NCBI RefSeq assembly: GCF_009914755.1 | Contig: NC_060934.1 | Origin: the human T2T-CHM13v2.0 reference genome, Homo sapiens | DNA: 64,000 nucleotides | Reading direction: 5' to 3' (one strand) | Part shown: one piece after another, positions 1-15,032 of the stretch | Layout: each line of letters begins with the position of its first letter | Numbering within the stretch: position 1 is the first letter of the stretch | Made by a program: the position numbers and the translations under genes | The notes under the pieces: generated by a model | What the model was told of the DNA's origin: nothing | The model's input: only the letters and a program-made list of their open reading frames with translations | The model's database searches: none

Positions 1-206
1 AAGCCTAGCTCATGGTAACAATATCAGCTGTCATCACTGCCATTATTATTGTCTTTAACACCCTCGTCTATATTTATTCTTCAATATTCTAGTGCTTGAG
101 CACTACTGAGGTCTTCATTCCAATGGTAATTTTATTTGGGAACAAACAAAAAAAAGTTTGTTCTAAAGACTTGCTGACAACTGGTCCAAAGTCCCTTGAT
201 TTAACC

Positions 207-447
207 CAGTGTTTCTCAGCGTGTGGTCCTCAGATCAGATGGCATTGGTGGTATCACCTGGAACTTATTCAAAATGGAAATTATCACCCCATCGCAGCCT
301 ACTGAATTAGAAACTCTGGGGACTTGGTAGAAATGCCAATTATTAGGCCCTGCCCCACACAGACTGAATCAGAAACTCCGGGATAGGCCCAGGGTTTTAA
401 CAGTCCCTGTGGTGGTTCTGATGAATGCTAAAATTTGAGAAGTACAG
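207..447 (+). mobile_element. MER5A-like hAT-Charlie MITE with internal ~60-bp duplication
   Basis: Starts CAGTGTTTCTCAGCGTGTGGTCC and ends TTTGAGAAGTACAG. The internal MER5A motif (ACTGAAT[TC]AGAAACTC) occurs twice. Confidence 0.8.
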
Positions 448-1609
448 CTCTAAACTGAATTCATCAACTGTAGTTGATCTTTCTACTATTATATATTTGA
501 TGATTCTAAATATATTGCACAAATATGTGCAAGACAGCCACCTCTCTAAAATAAAACGGGTACCATCTTGCAGAAGTCACCTCATGATTCCCAGAAGTCG
601 TCTCACTCTAGGAAAAGAAGACCTTGCAGTCAGAATGCCTCTCATGACTCAAATACTCTTCAGTTGGCGGCACTTCCCCTGCCTCTAGTCTAGTACACTG
701 CCACACTAACTATGAATATTTCAGCAAAACAAAAAGGAGAAAGACATTAACAATCACAGCAATAAACCCCAAGACATTCCTGGCCCTGGGCTATGATTCA
801 GAGATCAAAGTCTTTGTTTAAGATCCCAGCTTACAATTATTTCATTACCCATGATTTCAGGGTTATATTGTCTTATTATGACACCTTTGAAGTTGAGATC
901 CTACTTGAAGCCCCAAGAGATGTGGCCATAATAATTTAAAAACTGAAAATGCCTATGATTATCTGTAACTCATGGAGTAGTTTTTCTGCTCTGGTGGGTA
1001 CATTCTTCTTTGAACATCTGTTCCAAACTTTTGCAGTTCACCTTTAAAACATCTCAAAGCCCTGGGTTTTGGGAAAAATGATTAATAGCTTCTATTGATT
1101 TTCAAAAGTTAGGAAACACAGTGGCATAAAGCCGTGAATAGGAAACTTAAAATTTCCATTACACATTCACTTTTTAAAGGGTATTTGGAAATGACTTTCT
1201 AGGGGGAATGTCAGTGAGTTTCTAAATATTAAAAATCTTTTCATTTGATGCTTAAAGGTGACAAATGCTTGCATTTATATTTCTGTTCTTGCTTTCTGTG
1301 ACACAGAACAACCTCTTCTGAATGTAACCAAGCCAGATAAGTTATTCAGAAGAATCTTTCAACTTTCATACTTGTACAATAGTTGGACTAAAGGGACCAT
1401 ATGCATGCATATTTGTTCATTATATGCATTATGTGTCTTTGTAAGCATATCTGTAAATGGTATCTTTCCACACATAGCCCTCTAATTTTTTGTAGTACTC
1501 CTGGGGGAATGGTAGAGCCTCTATTTTCAAAGGAAGGAAACAGGGCCTGCACTGCTTAGCAATGCTACAGATCAGGTACATGTTTGCAACTAGAACCTAA
1601 GTCTTCCAG

Positions 1610-2020
1610 TATCCTTGAAGTAATATAATTTCTGTGGGAATCCTGTGTTCTCTGAATTGTGGATTTGTTCTTAAAGAGTGATTTTCACACTTGCTTCTGT
1701 ATGATCCCAGGGTTTTCATGGGTCTTGGAAAAATTTTGCTAACTTCCAGGCTTGCAATGTGTACCACTCTGTTAAGTATGCCTTTCGATCCCACACTCAT
1801 GTTGTGTGGCCTTGGTATTTGTTTTTTTATATTTTCCTTAGAAGGCTTTTAATTCTTTCTCAACTAGAGCCTGGAGCAAACTGCAAACATTCTGTCATCT
1901 TTTGGTCTTTTGGGTGGAATTTTTCAAATACCTGTTCTACAGATTGAATCGTGTTCTGAGGGTTCTTACTTTATGCAGAGATGTCTTTCCACCTCCCTGC
2001 CTCAAGCAGTTTAAAACCAT
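1610..2020 (-). mobile_element. Old L1M/HAL1-like fragment (probably continues at ~8590-8920)
   Basis: Degenerate similarity to recalled HAL1/L1ME antisense sequence, e.g. TTCTGTGGGAATCCTGTG...CACTTGCTTCTG here and TGTTATATTTTATCCAGAATTTCTATG at ~8830. Boundaries are approximate. Confidence 0.35.
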
Positions 2021-2139
2021 AGTGTAATGAGCTGAATGATGGCCCCAAAGATTTATCTGTGTCCTAATCCTTGGAACTTGTAAATGTTACCTTATTTGGA
2101 AAAAGGGCATTTGCAGAGGTGATTAAAAATCTTGAGATG

Positions 2140-3048
2140 GGGGAGAGGAGCCAAGATGGCTGAATAGGAACAGCTCTGGTCTACAGCTCCCAGCTTGAGC
2201 AACGCAGAAGACGGGTGATTTCTGCATTTCCATCTGAGGTACCAGGCTCATCTCACTAGGGAGTGCCAGACAGTGGGCGCAGGTCAGTGGGTGCGCGCAC
2301 CATGCGCAAGCCAAAGCAGGGCGAGGCATTGCCTCACTCGGGAAGCACAGGGGGTCAGGGAGTTCCCTTTCCTAGTAAAAGAAAGGGGTGACAGAGGGCA
2401 CCTGGGAGATCGGGTCACTCCCACCCGAATACTGCGCTTTTCCGAAGGGCTTATAAAAACGGTGCACCAAGAGATTGTGTCCCGCACCTGGCTCGGAGGG
2501 TCCTACGCCCACGGAGTCTCGCTGATTGCTAGCACAGCAGTCTGAGATCAAACTGCAAGGCGGCAGCGAGGCTGGGGGAGGGGCGCCCGCCATTGCCCAG
2601 GCTTGCTTAGGTAAACAAAGCAGCCAGGAAGCTGGAACTGGGTGGAGCCCAGCACAGCCCAAGGAGGCCTGCCTGCTTCTGTAGGCTCCACCTCTGGGGG
2701 CAGGGCACAGACAAACAAAAAGACAGCAGTAACCTCTGCAGACTTAAGTGTCCCTGTCTGACAGCTTTGAAGAGAGCAGTGGTTCTCCCAGCACGCAGCT
2801 GGAGATCTGAGGATGGGCAGACTGCCTCCTCAAGTGGGTCCCTGACCCCTGACCCCTGAGCAGCCTAACTGGGAGGCACCCCCTAGCAGGGGCAGACTGA
2901 CACCTCACACGGCCAGGTATTCCAACAGACCTGCAGCTGAGGGTCCTGTCTGTTAGAAGGAAAACTAACAAACAGAAAGGACATCCACACCAAAAACCCA
3001 TCTGTACATCACCATCATCAAAGACCAAAAGTAGATAAAACCACAAAG
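2140..3048 (+). promoter_or_regulatory. L1 5' UTR: internal sense promoter (YY1 site ~2153-2161) and antisense promoter
   Basis: AAGATGGC YY1 core right after the 5' end. CpG-enriched L1 5' UTR with many CpG>TpG changes. Confidence 0.8.
2372..2593 (-). CDS. L1 ORF0 (antisense), 73 aa, C-terminal part frameshifted by a 1-bp insertion at ~2454
   Basis: MAGAPPPASLPPCSLISDCCASNQRDSVGVGPSEPG from the ATG at 2593. The expected continuation SPSEKRSIRVGVTR lies in another frame (ORF 2284-2487). Confidence 0.75.
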   Translation of the reverse strand: MAGAPPPASLPPCSLISDCCASNQRDSVGVGPSEPGAGHNLLVHRFYKPFGKAQYSGGSDPISQVPSVTPFFY

Positions 3049-4065
3049 ATGGGGAAAATACAGAGCAGAAAAACTGGAAACTCTGAAAAGCAGAGCGCCT
3101 CTCCTCCTCCAAAGGAATGCAGTTCCTCACCAGCAATGGAACAAACCTGGATGGAGAATGACTTTGACGAGCTGAGAGAAGAAGGCTTCAGAGGATCAAA
3201 TTACTCTGAGCTACGGGAGGACATTCAAACCAAAGGCAAAGAAGTTGAAAACTTTGAAAAAAATTTAGAAGAATGTATAACTAGAATAACCAATACAGAG
3301 AAGTGCTTAAAGGAGCGGATGGAGCTGAAAACCAAGGCTCGAGAACTACGTGAAGAATGCAGAAGCCTCAGGAGCCGATGTGATCAACTGGAAGAAAGGG
3401 TATCAGCGATGGAAGATGAAATGAATGAAATGAAGCGAGAAGGGAAGTTTAGAGAAAAAAGAATAAAAAGAAACGAGCAAAGCTTCTAAGAAATATGGCA
3501 CTATGTGAAAAGACCAAATCTACGTCTGATTGGCGTACCTGAAAGTGACGGGGAGAATGGAACCAAGTTGGAAAACACTCTGCAGGATATTATCCAGGAG
3601 AACTTCCCCAATCTAGCAAGGCAGGCCAACATTCAGATTCAGGAAATACAGAGAATGCCACAAAGATACTCCTCGAGAAGAGCAACTCCAAGACACATAA
3701 TTGTCAGATTCACCAAAGTTGAAATGAAGGAAAAAATGTTAAGGGCAGCCAGAGAGAAAGGTTGGCTCACCCCCAAAGGGAAGCCCATCAGACTAACAGC
3801 AGATCTCTCGGCAGAAACTCTACAAGCCAGAAGAGAGTGGGGGCCAATATTCAACATTCTAAAAGAAAAGAATTTTCAACCCAGAATTTCATATCCAGCC
3901 AAACTAAGCTTCATAAGTGAAGGAGAAATAAAATACTTTACAGACAAGCAAATGCTGAGAGATTTTGTCACCACCAGGCCTGCCCTAAAAGAGCTCCTGA
4001 AGGCAGCGCTAAACATGGAAAGGAAAAACTGGTACCAGCCACTGCAAAATCATGCCAAAATTTAA
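3049..4065 (+). pseudogene. L1 ORF1p (RNA-binding chaperone), premature stop
   Basis: MGKIQSRKTGNS...REWG...YPAKLS...QNHAKI in one frame, broken by TAA at 3487-3489. Confidence 0.95.
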
Positions 4066-4128
4066 AGACCATCGAGACTAGGTAGAAACTGCATCAACTA
4101 ACGAGCAAAATAACCAGCTAACATCATC

Positions 4129-7957
<3,829 letters not shown>

Positions 7958-9612
7958 ACAATGAGAACACATGGACACAAGAAGGGGAACATAACACTCT
8001 GGGGACTGTTGTGGGGTGGGGGGAGGGGGGAGGGATAGCATTGGGAGATATACCTAATGCTAGATTACGAGTTAGTGGGTGCAGTGCACCAGCATGGCAC
8101 ATGTATACATATGTAACTAACCTGCACATTGTGCACATGTACCCTAAAACTTAAAGCATAATAATAATAAATAATAAATAAAAATAAAAACAAACAAAAA
8201 TCTTGAGATGATGTGGTCATCTTAAATCATTTGGTAGGCCCTAAATCAATGGACAGGTGTCTATATATCCTTTTAAGATAGAATCAGAGGGAGATTTGAG
8301 ACAGACTGAAAAGTGGAAGGCTTAGATACTCAGAGGAGAAGGCAATATGAAGAGGAGGCAAAGATTAGCGTGGTCTACAAGCCAAGGAACACCTGCAGGC
8401 ACCAGAAGTTGCAAAAGGCTAAGAATAAATTCTCTCTTAGAGCCTCCAGAGAGAGTGAGGCTTGGCTGACACCTTGATTTTTGGACTTGTAGCTTCTAGA
8501 ACTGTAAGGTAATATGTATCTGTTGTTTTAAGCTACCAAATTCATGGTATTTTGTCACAGCAGCCACAGGAGACTAATACATATGGATGCAGCCTCCTCT
8601 TTATGTTTAAGACCCCACCCCTCAGCCCTTAGAGCTCCTATTCAGGCATAATGTCACTTTTCCCACCTTTCAGTTTAATTCTAGGAGTGCCATTTACCTA
8701 GAATAAAATCTCCCTGGAATTGAGCAACCTGCTGCCCTTCCACTCTGGATTTATGTTTCCCCTAGTTTCAACAAACAAAAAAATTTTTAGTTTTGTTTTG
8801 CATTCAGTTATGTGCTTAAGATAATTTTTGTTATATTTTATCCAGAATTTCTATGGCCATTTGTGATGAGTAACTGATTTTCATTAAATCAGTCTGCTAG
8901 TTTTTTGGAATGAGATGTCCCCTTAAATATTTTTTTGAAGGAGACTATTTAGAAGCCCATATGATTATTGTGTGAACATATAACTATTCCTGTATATGTC
9001 TTTGACTATTTGATATTTCTTAACTAACTTAAAAGTGACAGTGAAATCTCTTAGTAGTCTTGATTTCCAAAGGAAATGTGACTTGACATTTCCTCTGTGA
9101 TGTGAAGAAGAAATAGTGTTAGCAAGGTGGTCCATTAATTATGCTGGTATCTTAATTCCACAGCATTCAAGGGCAGTGAAGTGGAAATCATAATCGTTTT
9201 GATAAAAGCTTAAATTAGAGTTATGTCACGAAGGTGGGGATGGACTAGCTGAAAAGTCAGCAGGAGAGAAGAGAGGAGTTGCAAAACAAATGAGATGATT
9301 TAAAGTGTATAGACTACAGCCAGATCCTTTGACTATTTTCTGCAGAGTTAATTCAAAGGTGCCAAGAAAGTCTCTTTTTATCTGAAAGTTTTTATTCTGG
9401 CTTGTTCAGTCAGTGTTTTCATTCTTTTATTTGCAATAAGACCTAAATTACAGTTATACTGGAGAAAAGTTGACTCAATGACAGTATAATTCACACTAAG
9501 GTGATTATGACTGTTATCATAGAGCTTCAGGTGCCTGAAATAGGGGTGGGGAAGTGAGCCAATATAAATGCTGCTTTGCAGTGTCCTGATTTCTGTTCTT
9601 GGATTTTCCTTA

Positions 9613-10186
9613 ATGTATTCATTATTTATTGCTGAGTGCTAAATTGGCCAAAATGTCATTGCTTAAAACAGCAACACTTTTAAAATCTCATTGTTTCTGT
9701 GAGTCATGAATCTGGTCACAGCTTAATTGGGTCTTTGGCTTCATAGTCTCTCTCAGATGGCTGTAATCAAGGTGTTTACCCAGGTTCTGTGGTCTCATGT
9801 GAAGGCTCAATAGGGGAAGAATCTGTTTTTAAGCTCACTCACATAGTTGTTGGCAGAATTCAGTTTACTTGAGGGCTGTTGGACTGAAGGCCTCAGTTCC
9901 TCACTGGCTCGTTGGCTGGAAGTCACCATTTGTCCCTTGCTAAGTGGCTCTTTTCATCAGGGAAAGTATGTAAGAACAGCTGGAGAGAGAATGTCAGCAT
10001 GGTGGAAGTCTCAGCCTTTTATAACTTAATCTCAGAAATGACATTACATCACTTTTGCCATATTCTTTTTATTATTAGAAACAAGTCACTAGGTCCAGTC
10101 CACATTCAATGAAAGGTGATTACACAGGGTGTGCATATTAGGAAGTAAGAATCACTGGGCACCGTTTTAGAACACTGACTACTATG
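9613..10186 (-). mobile_element. MLT1E/F-type MaLR LTR
   Basis: TGTATTCATTATTTATTGCTG...GCTTAAAACAGCAACAC...AAGCTCACTCACATAGTTGTTGGCAG...CACTTTTGCCATATTC...AAGTCACTAGGTCCAGTCCACA. Confidence 0.75.
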
Positions 10187-10344
10187 AATATTGAGTGGTA
10201 CTCTCTTAGAGAGCAACAACATTGTCTAATTCATCTTTGTGTTGTCACAGAACCCGGGCATATTAAAATATCCATAATAGAAAAAAATGGCTGATTATTG
10301 CCTTAATGCTATCTTTTTTTATACTGAGACTAGTTCATTCATAC

Positions 10345-10701
10345 CTCACTGGACACCATTTCTCAGTGTCCTTTGCTAATTTCTCCTCCTATTTTGGATC
10401 TCTATAAATTGGAATGTCCTTGGGCATAGGATTCTGATCTCTACTTCTCACTGCTTTGATAATCTCATCTACTTTTAGGCACTAAATACCATTAATGACT
10501 CCCAGATAGATATATCCTGCCCTGACTTTGCATCTGGACCACAAAACTTATTCATTTACTTTTTTCAGTTCTTTGCTTAATATCTCTTATTGGAAAGGTC
10601 TTCCATGATCACAATGTCCAAAACAAAATAACACCTCTACCCTGATACTGTCACTCTCTTTCTCCTTAACCTTTATTTTTCTTCAAGGCACTTTTCATTG
10701 G

Positions 10702-10741
<40 letters not shown>

Positions 10742-10913
10742 CATCCACCTATCTACCTACCTACCTACCTACCTACCTATCTACCTACCTACCTATTCAC
10801 TAGAAATAAGCTCCATGAGAGTTAGGACATTGCTCACCATTATATCCTCACTGCTTAAAATATTGTCTAGCACAAAGTAGGCTCTCAATAAATATTTATT
10901 GAATGAATGAATG
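10345..10913 (+). mobile_element. L2 (L2a-like) 3' remnant
   Basis: Ends GCTCTCAATAAATATTTATTGAATGAATGAATG, with TAGAAATAAGCTCCATGAG upstream. Confidence 0.75.
10702..10795. repeat. Compound tetranucleotide microsatellite (TATC)n-(TACC)n
   Basis: About 10 TATC units followed by TACC units with interruptions. Confidence 0.95.
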
Positions 10914-11679
10914 GTAAAATATTGTAGCTATTGTTGGTTGTCTTTTCAGGTAATAATATAAACTTCTTATCTAATTGTAGACAGAGTGAGTAAAAGGGCA
11001 TACAGGCATCTATTGGAGGTACAGGATAGCTGGGATAAAGAGGGAAAGGAACAGGATTGAGAATTCTATGGACAGAAGGAAAAGCTGTTGGCTTTTGTAG
11101 TTGAGATTCTTGGTTGTCATCTACTGCAGAAACTGAGTTTGCAGACAAGAGCTACTTTCTCCTGAGCTGGAGTTGCAGGACAACTGTAGGGAATGGAGAC
11201 ACTGACTAGAGGTGGAAGCAGTTTGGAATAAAGTTAAAATTGCTCACAACCACGTATCCAGAAGTGGATCTGGGCCAGGACACATTTGAATTTAGGAATG
11301 TAGGAAATGAGTATCTGGAACTCAGAACTTTCCAAATAAGACTTGTTTTCTTCAAAGCTGGATAGATATGGTCTCTATATATCTGTTTACCTATGATATT
11401 GTGTTTGCAGAGTCTGCAATATGTATATAATTACCACTGCTTTCTGAAACCTGAATCTCCATTTCTCATACAGCACTTACCACACTTTACATTACATTAC
11501 ACTGATATACCATATTTTTTATATATATATATAGCTAATGCAATAACTAAACTATTTCCTAAATGCTTCTGATTTAAATTCCCTTATTGACAAATCAGTT
11601 TCTCTCTTCTTATCCCATCCATTATTAAGTTCCCAAGGAAAGGAAAGGAAAATTACGTCTTGGGAAAAAGGGGAATATA

Positions 11680-12632
11680 ATGTTAAAAATGTCCTATCAG
11701 ACAGAATGATGGAAGAAAAGCTAGCTTATTTCATCCTGGTCTTGGAAGAAGTGCAAAGACATTAGGGATGGGGCAGTGAGGTCAGATATAGGTCCTGATT
11801 TATCTTTTTCAGGTTGGAACCCTTAGGTGTAAGGGGCCTGGTGGGGAGGCTAGAAGCATCCAAAAGGGATTTATGCAATGGGAATGAGCTATTGGCACAC
11901 TTCCCAGCTTCAGGGAAGCCTGTTACTGGCCATGTTCAACACGCCTTGGAGGTGGCAGAACACCACTGGCAGGGGTACGGGCTATATAGATGAGCCCAAG
12001 CTGAGGCTCCTGGATCCCTGCAGCTTGTGAAGAGCATGCAAGGGAACAAAAAGCCCACACGCCCTGCTTAGAGAGTTTCTTGTTTCAGCAAGAAATGCTT
12101 GCTGAAACAGCAGAGGCCTAGAGTTGGAACAAAGAGGCTATAGGTGGGCACATTTCATGGCTAGAGGAAAAGGATAGGAACAAGGACCCTACAGGTGAAT
12201 AGGTGCCACTACAATGTGCAGATGGTCAGAAGGGTCTAATTATGTCTCAGTGATCCAGGAGGCAGGGTAGACCAGTACTCTGAAACAGAGACTAGCAATG
12301 ATCTGAAGGACATGGGAAAAATCTGAGGCCACCACCTCTCATCTGCCTCCCTGAAGACACATGAGCCCCACACCCTGTACTATGTAGGGGAGGAGAAGTG
12401 CACCTAATATTGAAGCATTTGCTTGAAAGAGAACAAGTCATCTAAAGAGACAAATTAAACCTGAAGAGATCCATACACTCTAAATTATCAAGTTTATTGG
12501 GTTTTTTTTTCATGTTATCCAGATGGGTGGGAGACTTGTGGGAGTCATCAATTCAGTCAGAGAAAGTAAAGAATCTCTATTGTCTTTGGATATCTGAGTG
12601 TAATTTGTGTTACGTGTGTAATCATGCTTACT
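11680..12632 (+). mobile_element. Possible ancient Gypsy-like LTR (MamGypLTR family)
   Basis: The 3' end AGAGAAAGTAAAGAATCTCTATTGTCTTTGGATATCTGAGTG...CATGCTTAC resembles recalled MamGypLTR ends. The start is uncertain. Confidence 0.4.
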
Positions 12633-12734
12633 TATGAATATGTCTTATCTCCTAGTTCCTTCTTGTAGCATCCCACCTCTCAGAACAGAAGCTCCTGAGG
12701 GTAATAAAGGTAGAATATGGCTAGCACACTTTTC

Positions 12735-12915
12735 TGTATGTACCTGAAGCATTTTACATTAACCATCTCATTCAATCATCCCACTGTGTGATGTGGTTGT
12801 TTTCTGATTTCACAGACCAAGACATGAGGCTAGGAGGGTGAAGTAACTTTCTGAGTCACACAGATAATCATTTTCAGAGCCAGAATTAAAATCAAGATTC
12901 TGTCAAATTCAAGAT
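12735..12915 (-). mobile_element. MIR SINE
   Basis: CATCTCATTCAATC...TTTCACAGACCAAGACATGAGGCTAGGAGGGTGAAGTAACTT...GTCACACAGAT. Confidence 0.7.
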
Positions 12916-14289
12916 ATTCTTGCTCATTTTTGCATCTTCTCTCATGTCTGTACCATTTTTGCATTTTGCACCCTGCCTGTAGGTAGAGGACATTATGTTC
13001 AACTGGAAATAAGTTGGTAGCAACAAAGTGCTATAAGCAAGGAAGAGGAGAATGTAGAAGAATTCCAAGGGGTCTCATATTCTTCTGTGATATCAGTGAA
13101 GCAGAAGTGAAGAGGTACAAGTCCTCAGATAACATTCTGTAAATTGTGTCTGAACAAACTCTGCCTCCTGCCATCTGACCTTTTCTCACTTCCCATCAGC
13201 CAGTCAGGGTGTGTGGTCCTGAGTCTATTTAAATGCCCAGTGGCTAAGAAGTCATATTAACATGACAACTTTTTTTTATTCCTTTCAAGTAAAGCATTAG
13301 CACATATCCTGATGGCTCTAGAGTTCAGAACAAAGATATTTGATCTGTGTGAGCTGTAATATCGTCCTGGCAAATCGCAGAGCAAGGGAGAACCTATGAT
13401 ATTTTGTCGATTATTACCAAATGCCAAAATGGGAAGAGAGGATCATTTCTAATAAAAGAATTGACTGTGCAATTTATATCAAGGCACATCCAATTAATAC
13501 CTAATCCTTAAATGTATGTAATTGGATTTACATATTCACATTTTTGCAATTAGGAGTTGGTATTTAAATGGCATGCCTCCCATTTCCCATTTTCTTTATC
13601 ACAAAACCCTAGAGGGGCTTTTTGTTGTAGAATTACAGAATCAAGGCAAATACCTTAGCCTGATAACCTCTAATCATGTGAAAAGAAAGGCTTTAGTTCA
13701 CACAGACCTGTTAGAAGTGTAGAAATATTCATGGTTGATTTAAATGATATTCAGCACTGACATTCACAATTTATGTTTCACAATGCTCATTTATAATTGC
13801 AGTCGGTTTCCTTTTAATTTATAATGTCGGAAATACTTAGGCATAAAGGTTAAGTTCTTCTCTTTAGAATCTTAGGAGTGAATAAAATTCTTCCTTTAAA
13901 GCACTTTATGATGGAGAGTGCTGTAACTGTTTGACCACCAAGATACCATTAAGTAAATTACAGATACCTGGGTATCATTTAGTTCAGTGAAGCAGAAATT
14001 TACCCTAGGTGTCTGAAAGAACTGAAGTTTGACTGCTAATTTATTCAAACTGCAGGTGATGTGCTCTGTGGTAAGATATTCCAGAAATAGGTCAAACAAA
14101 TTTGTAGTAATGCCATGTTAATAAGCTCATAATGAAGGATTTAGATTGATACTGTACACTTTCATCCTTGAAAAAGCATGCGTGATTCAGATTATACAAC
14201 AAGCCACTGAGTTGGAGAGCATCCTTGGTTGAATCTCCCTCTAAGGATCACCTGAATGCTTAGAGATTGAGGAAGACTTACCCAGAAAT

Positions 14290-14860
14290 TAAAACATACA
14301 TATTGTAAGAGGCAAGATTCTAAAAGAGTACCAATATCTCATACTGGAGAGCACGAGGGAATGTGAACAATCTCTTACAGTTGGGGACTATGTATCAAAA
14401 GCCTTAAGAAGGTGCTTTCTCTTTGACACAGAACATTCCACTTAGAGAAAATTATCAGAAGGAAGCAATTATCTATTATTGCTTCCTTCTATAATTTATA
14501 GATTTATAATCTATAAATTAAAGATAATTTTACTAGACTATTTATAGCAGTCAGCAAACTGTCCAAAATCCCCAGTAATAGAGGATTTATTAAATATGTT
14601 AAATTAGAAAAATGGAATCCATGTAGTAACGGAAAATGATGATGTAGCCACATAAAATAGATTCATAAGATACTTTTAATTGAAAATCATTTAAATAGTG
14701 TATACAATGGTACATGTCACATTTGTAGAATACATATACTTACATATAGATGGATAGATAGATAGTCCAGGATGGTAAACTGAAGATTGACAGTGGCTGT
14801 CATTTTGGGGAGATAGGAGTATTTGTGATTTTCCCCTTTATTTTATAATTTGTCTATATA
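14290..14860 (+). mobile_element. Old L1MC/L1ME 3' fragment
   Basis: CTTTGACACAGAACATTCCACTTAG, TATTTATAGCAG...AAACTGTCCA, GACAGTGGCTGTCATTTTGGGG. Confidence 0.55.
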
Positions 14861-15032
14861 AACAACCCTTATGAAGGTAAACTATGAAATGGACATGGTA
14901 TTATATCATAGCAAATCTTATGTTATGTGAGAAGGATGTGCTATTTTCTACAATAATTTTTGAGAAGTGCAGCTACATGTTGTTAAAACATATATTGTGT
15001 TTTAACAACATGTTTTATATTAAATGTTTTCA

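Noticed and set aside
8155-8210. L1 3' transduction
   Set aside because: The TSD follows the A-rich tail directly; there is no extra unique sequence.
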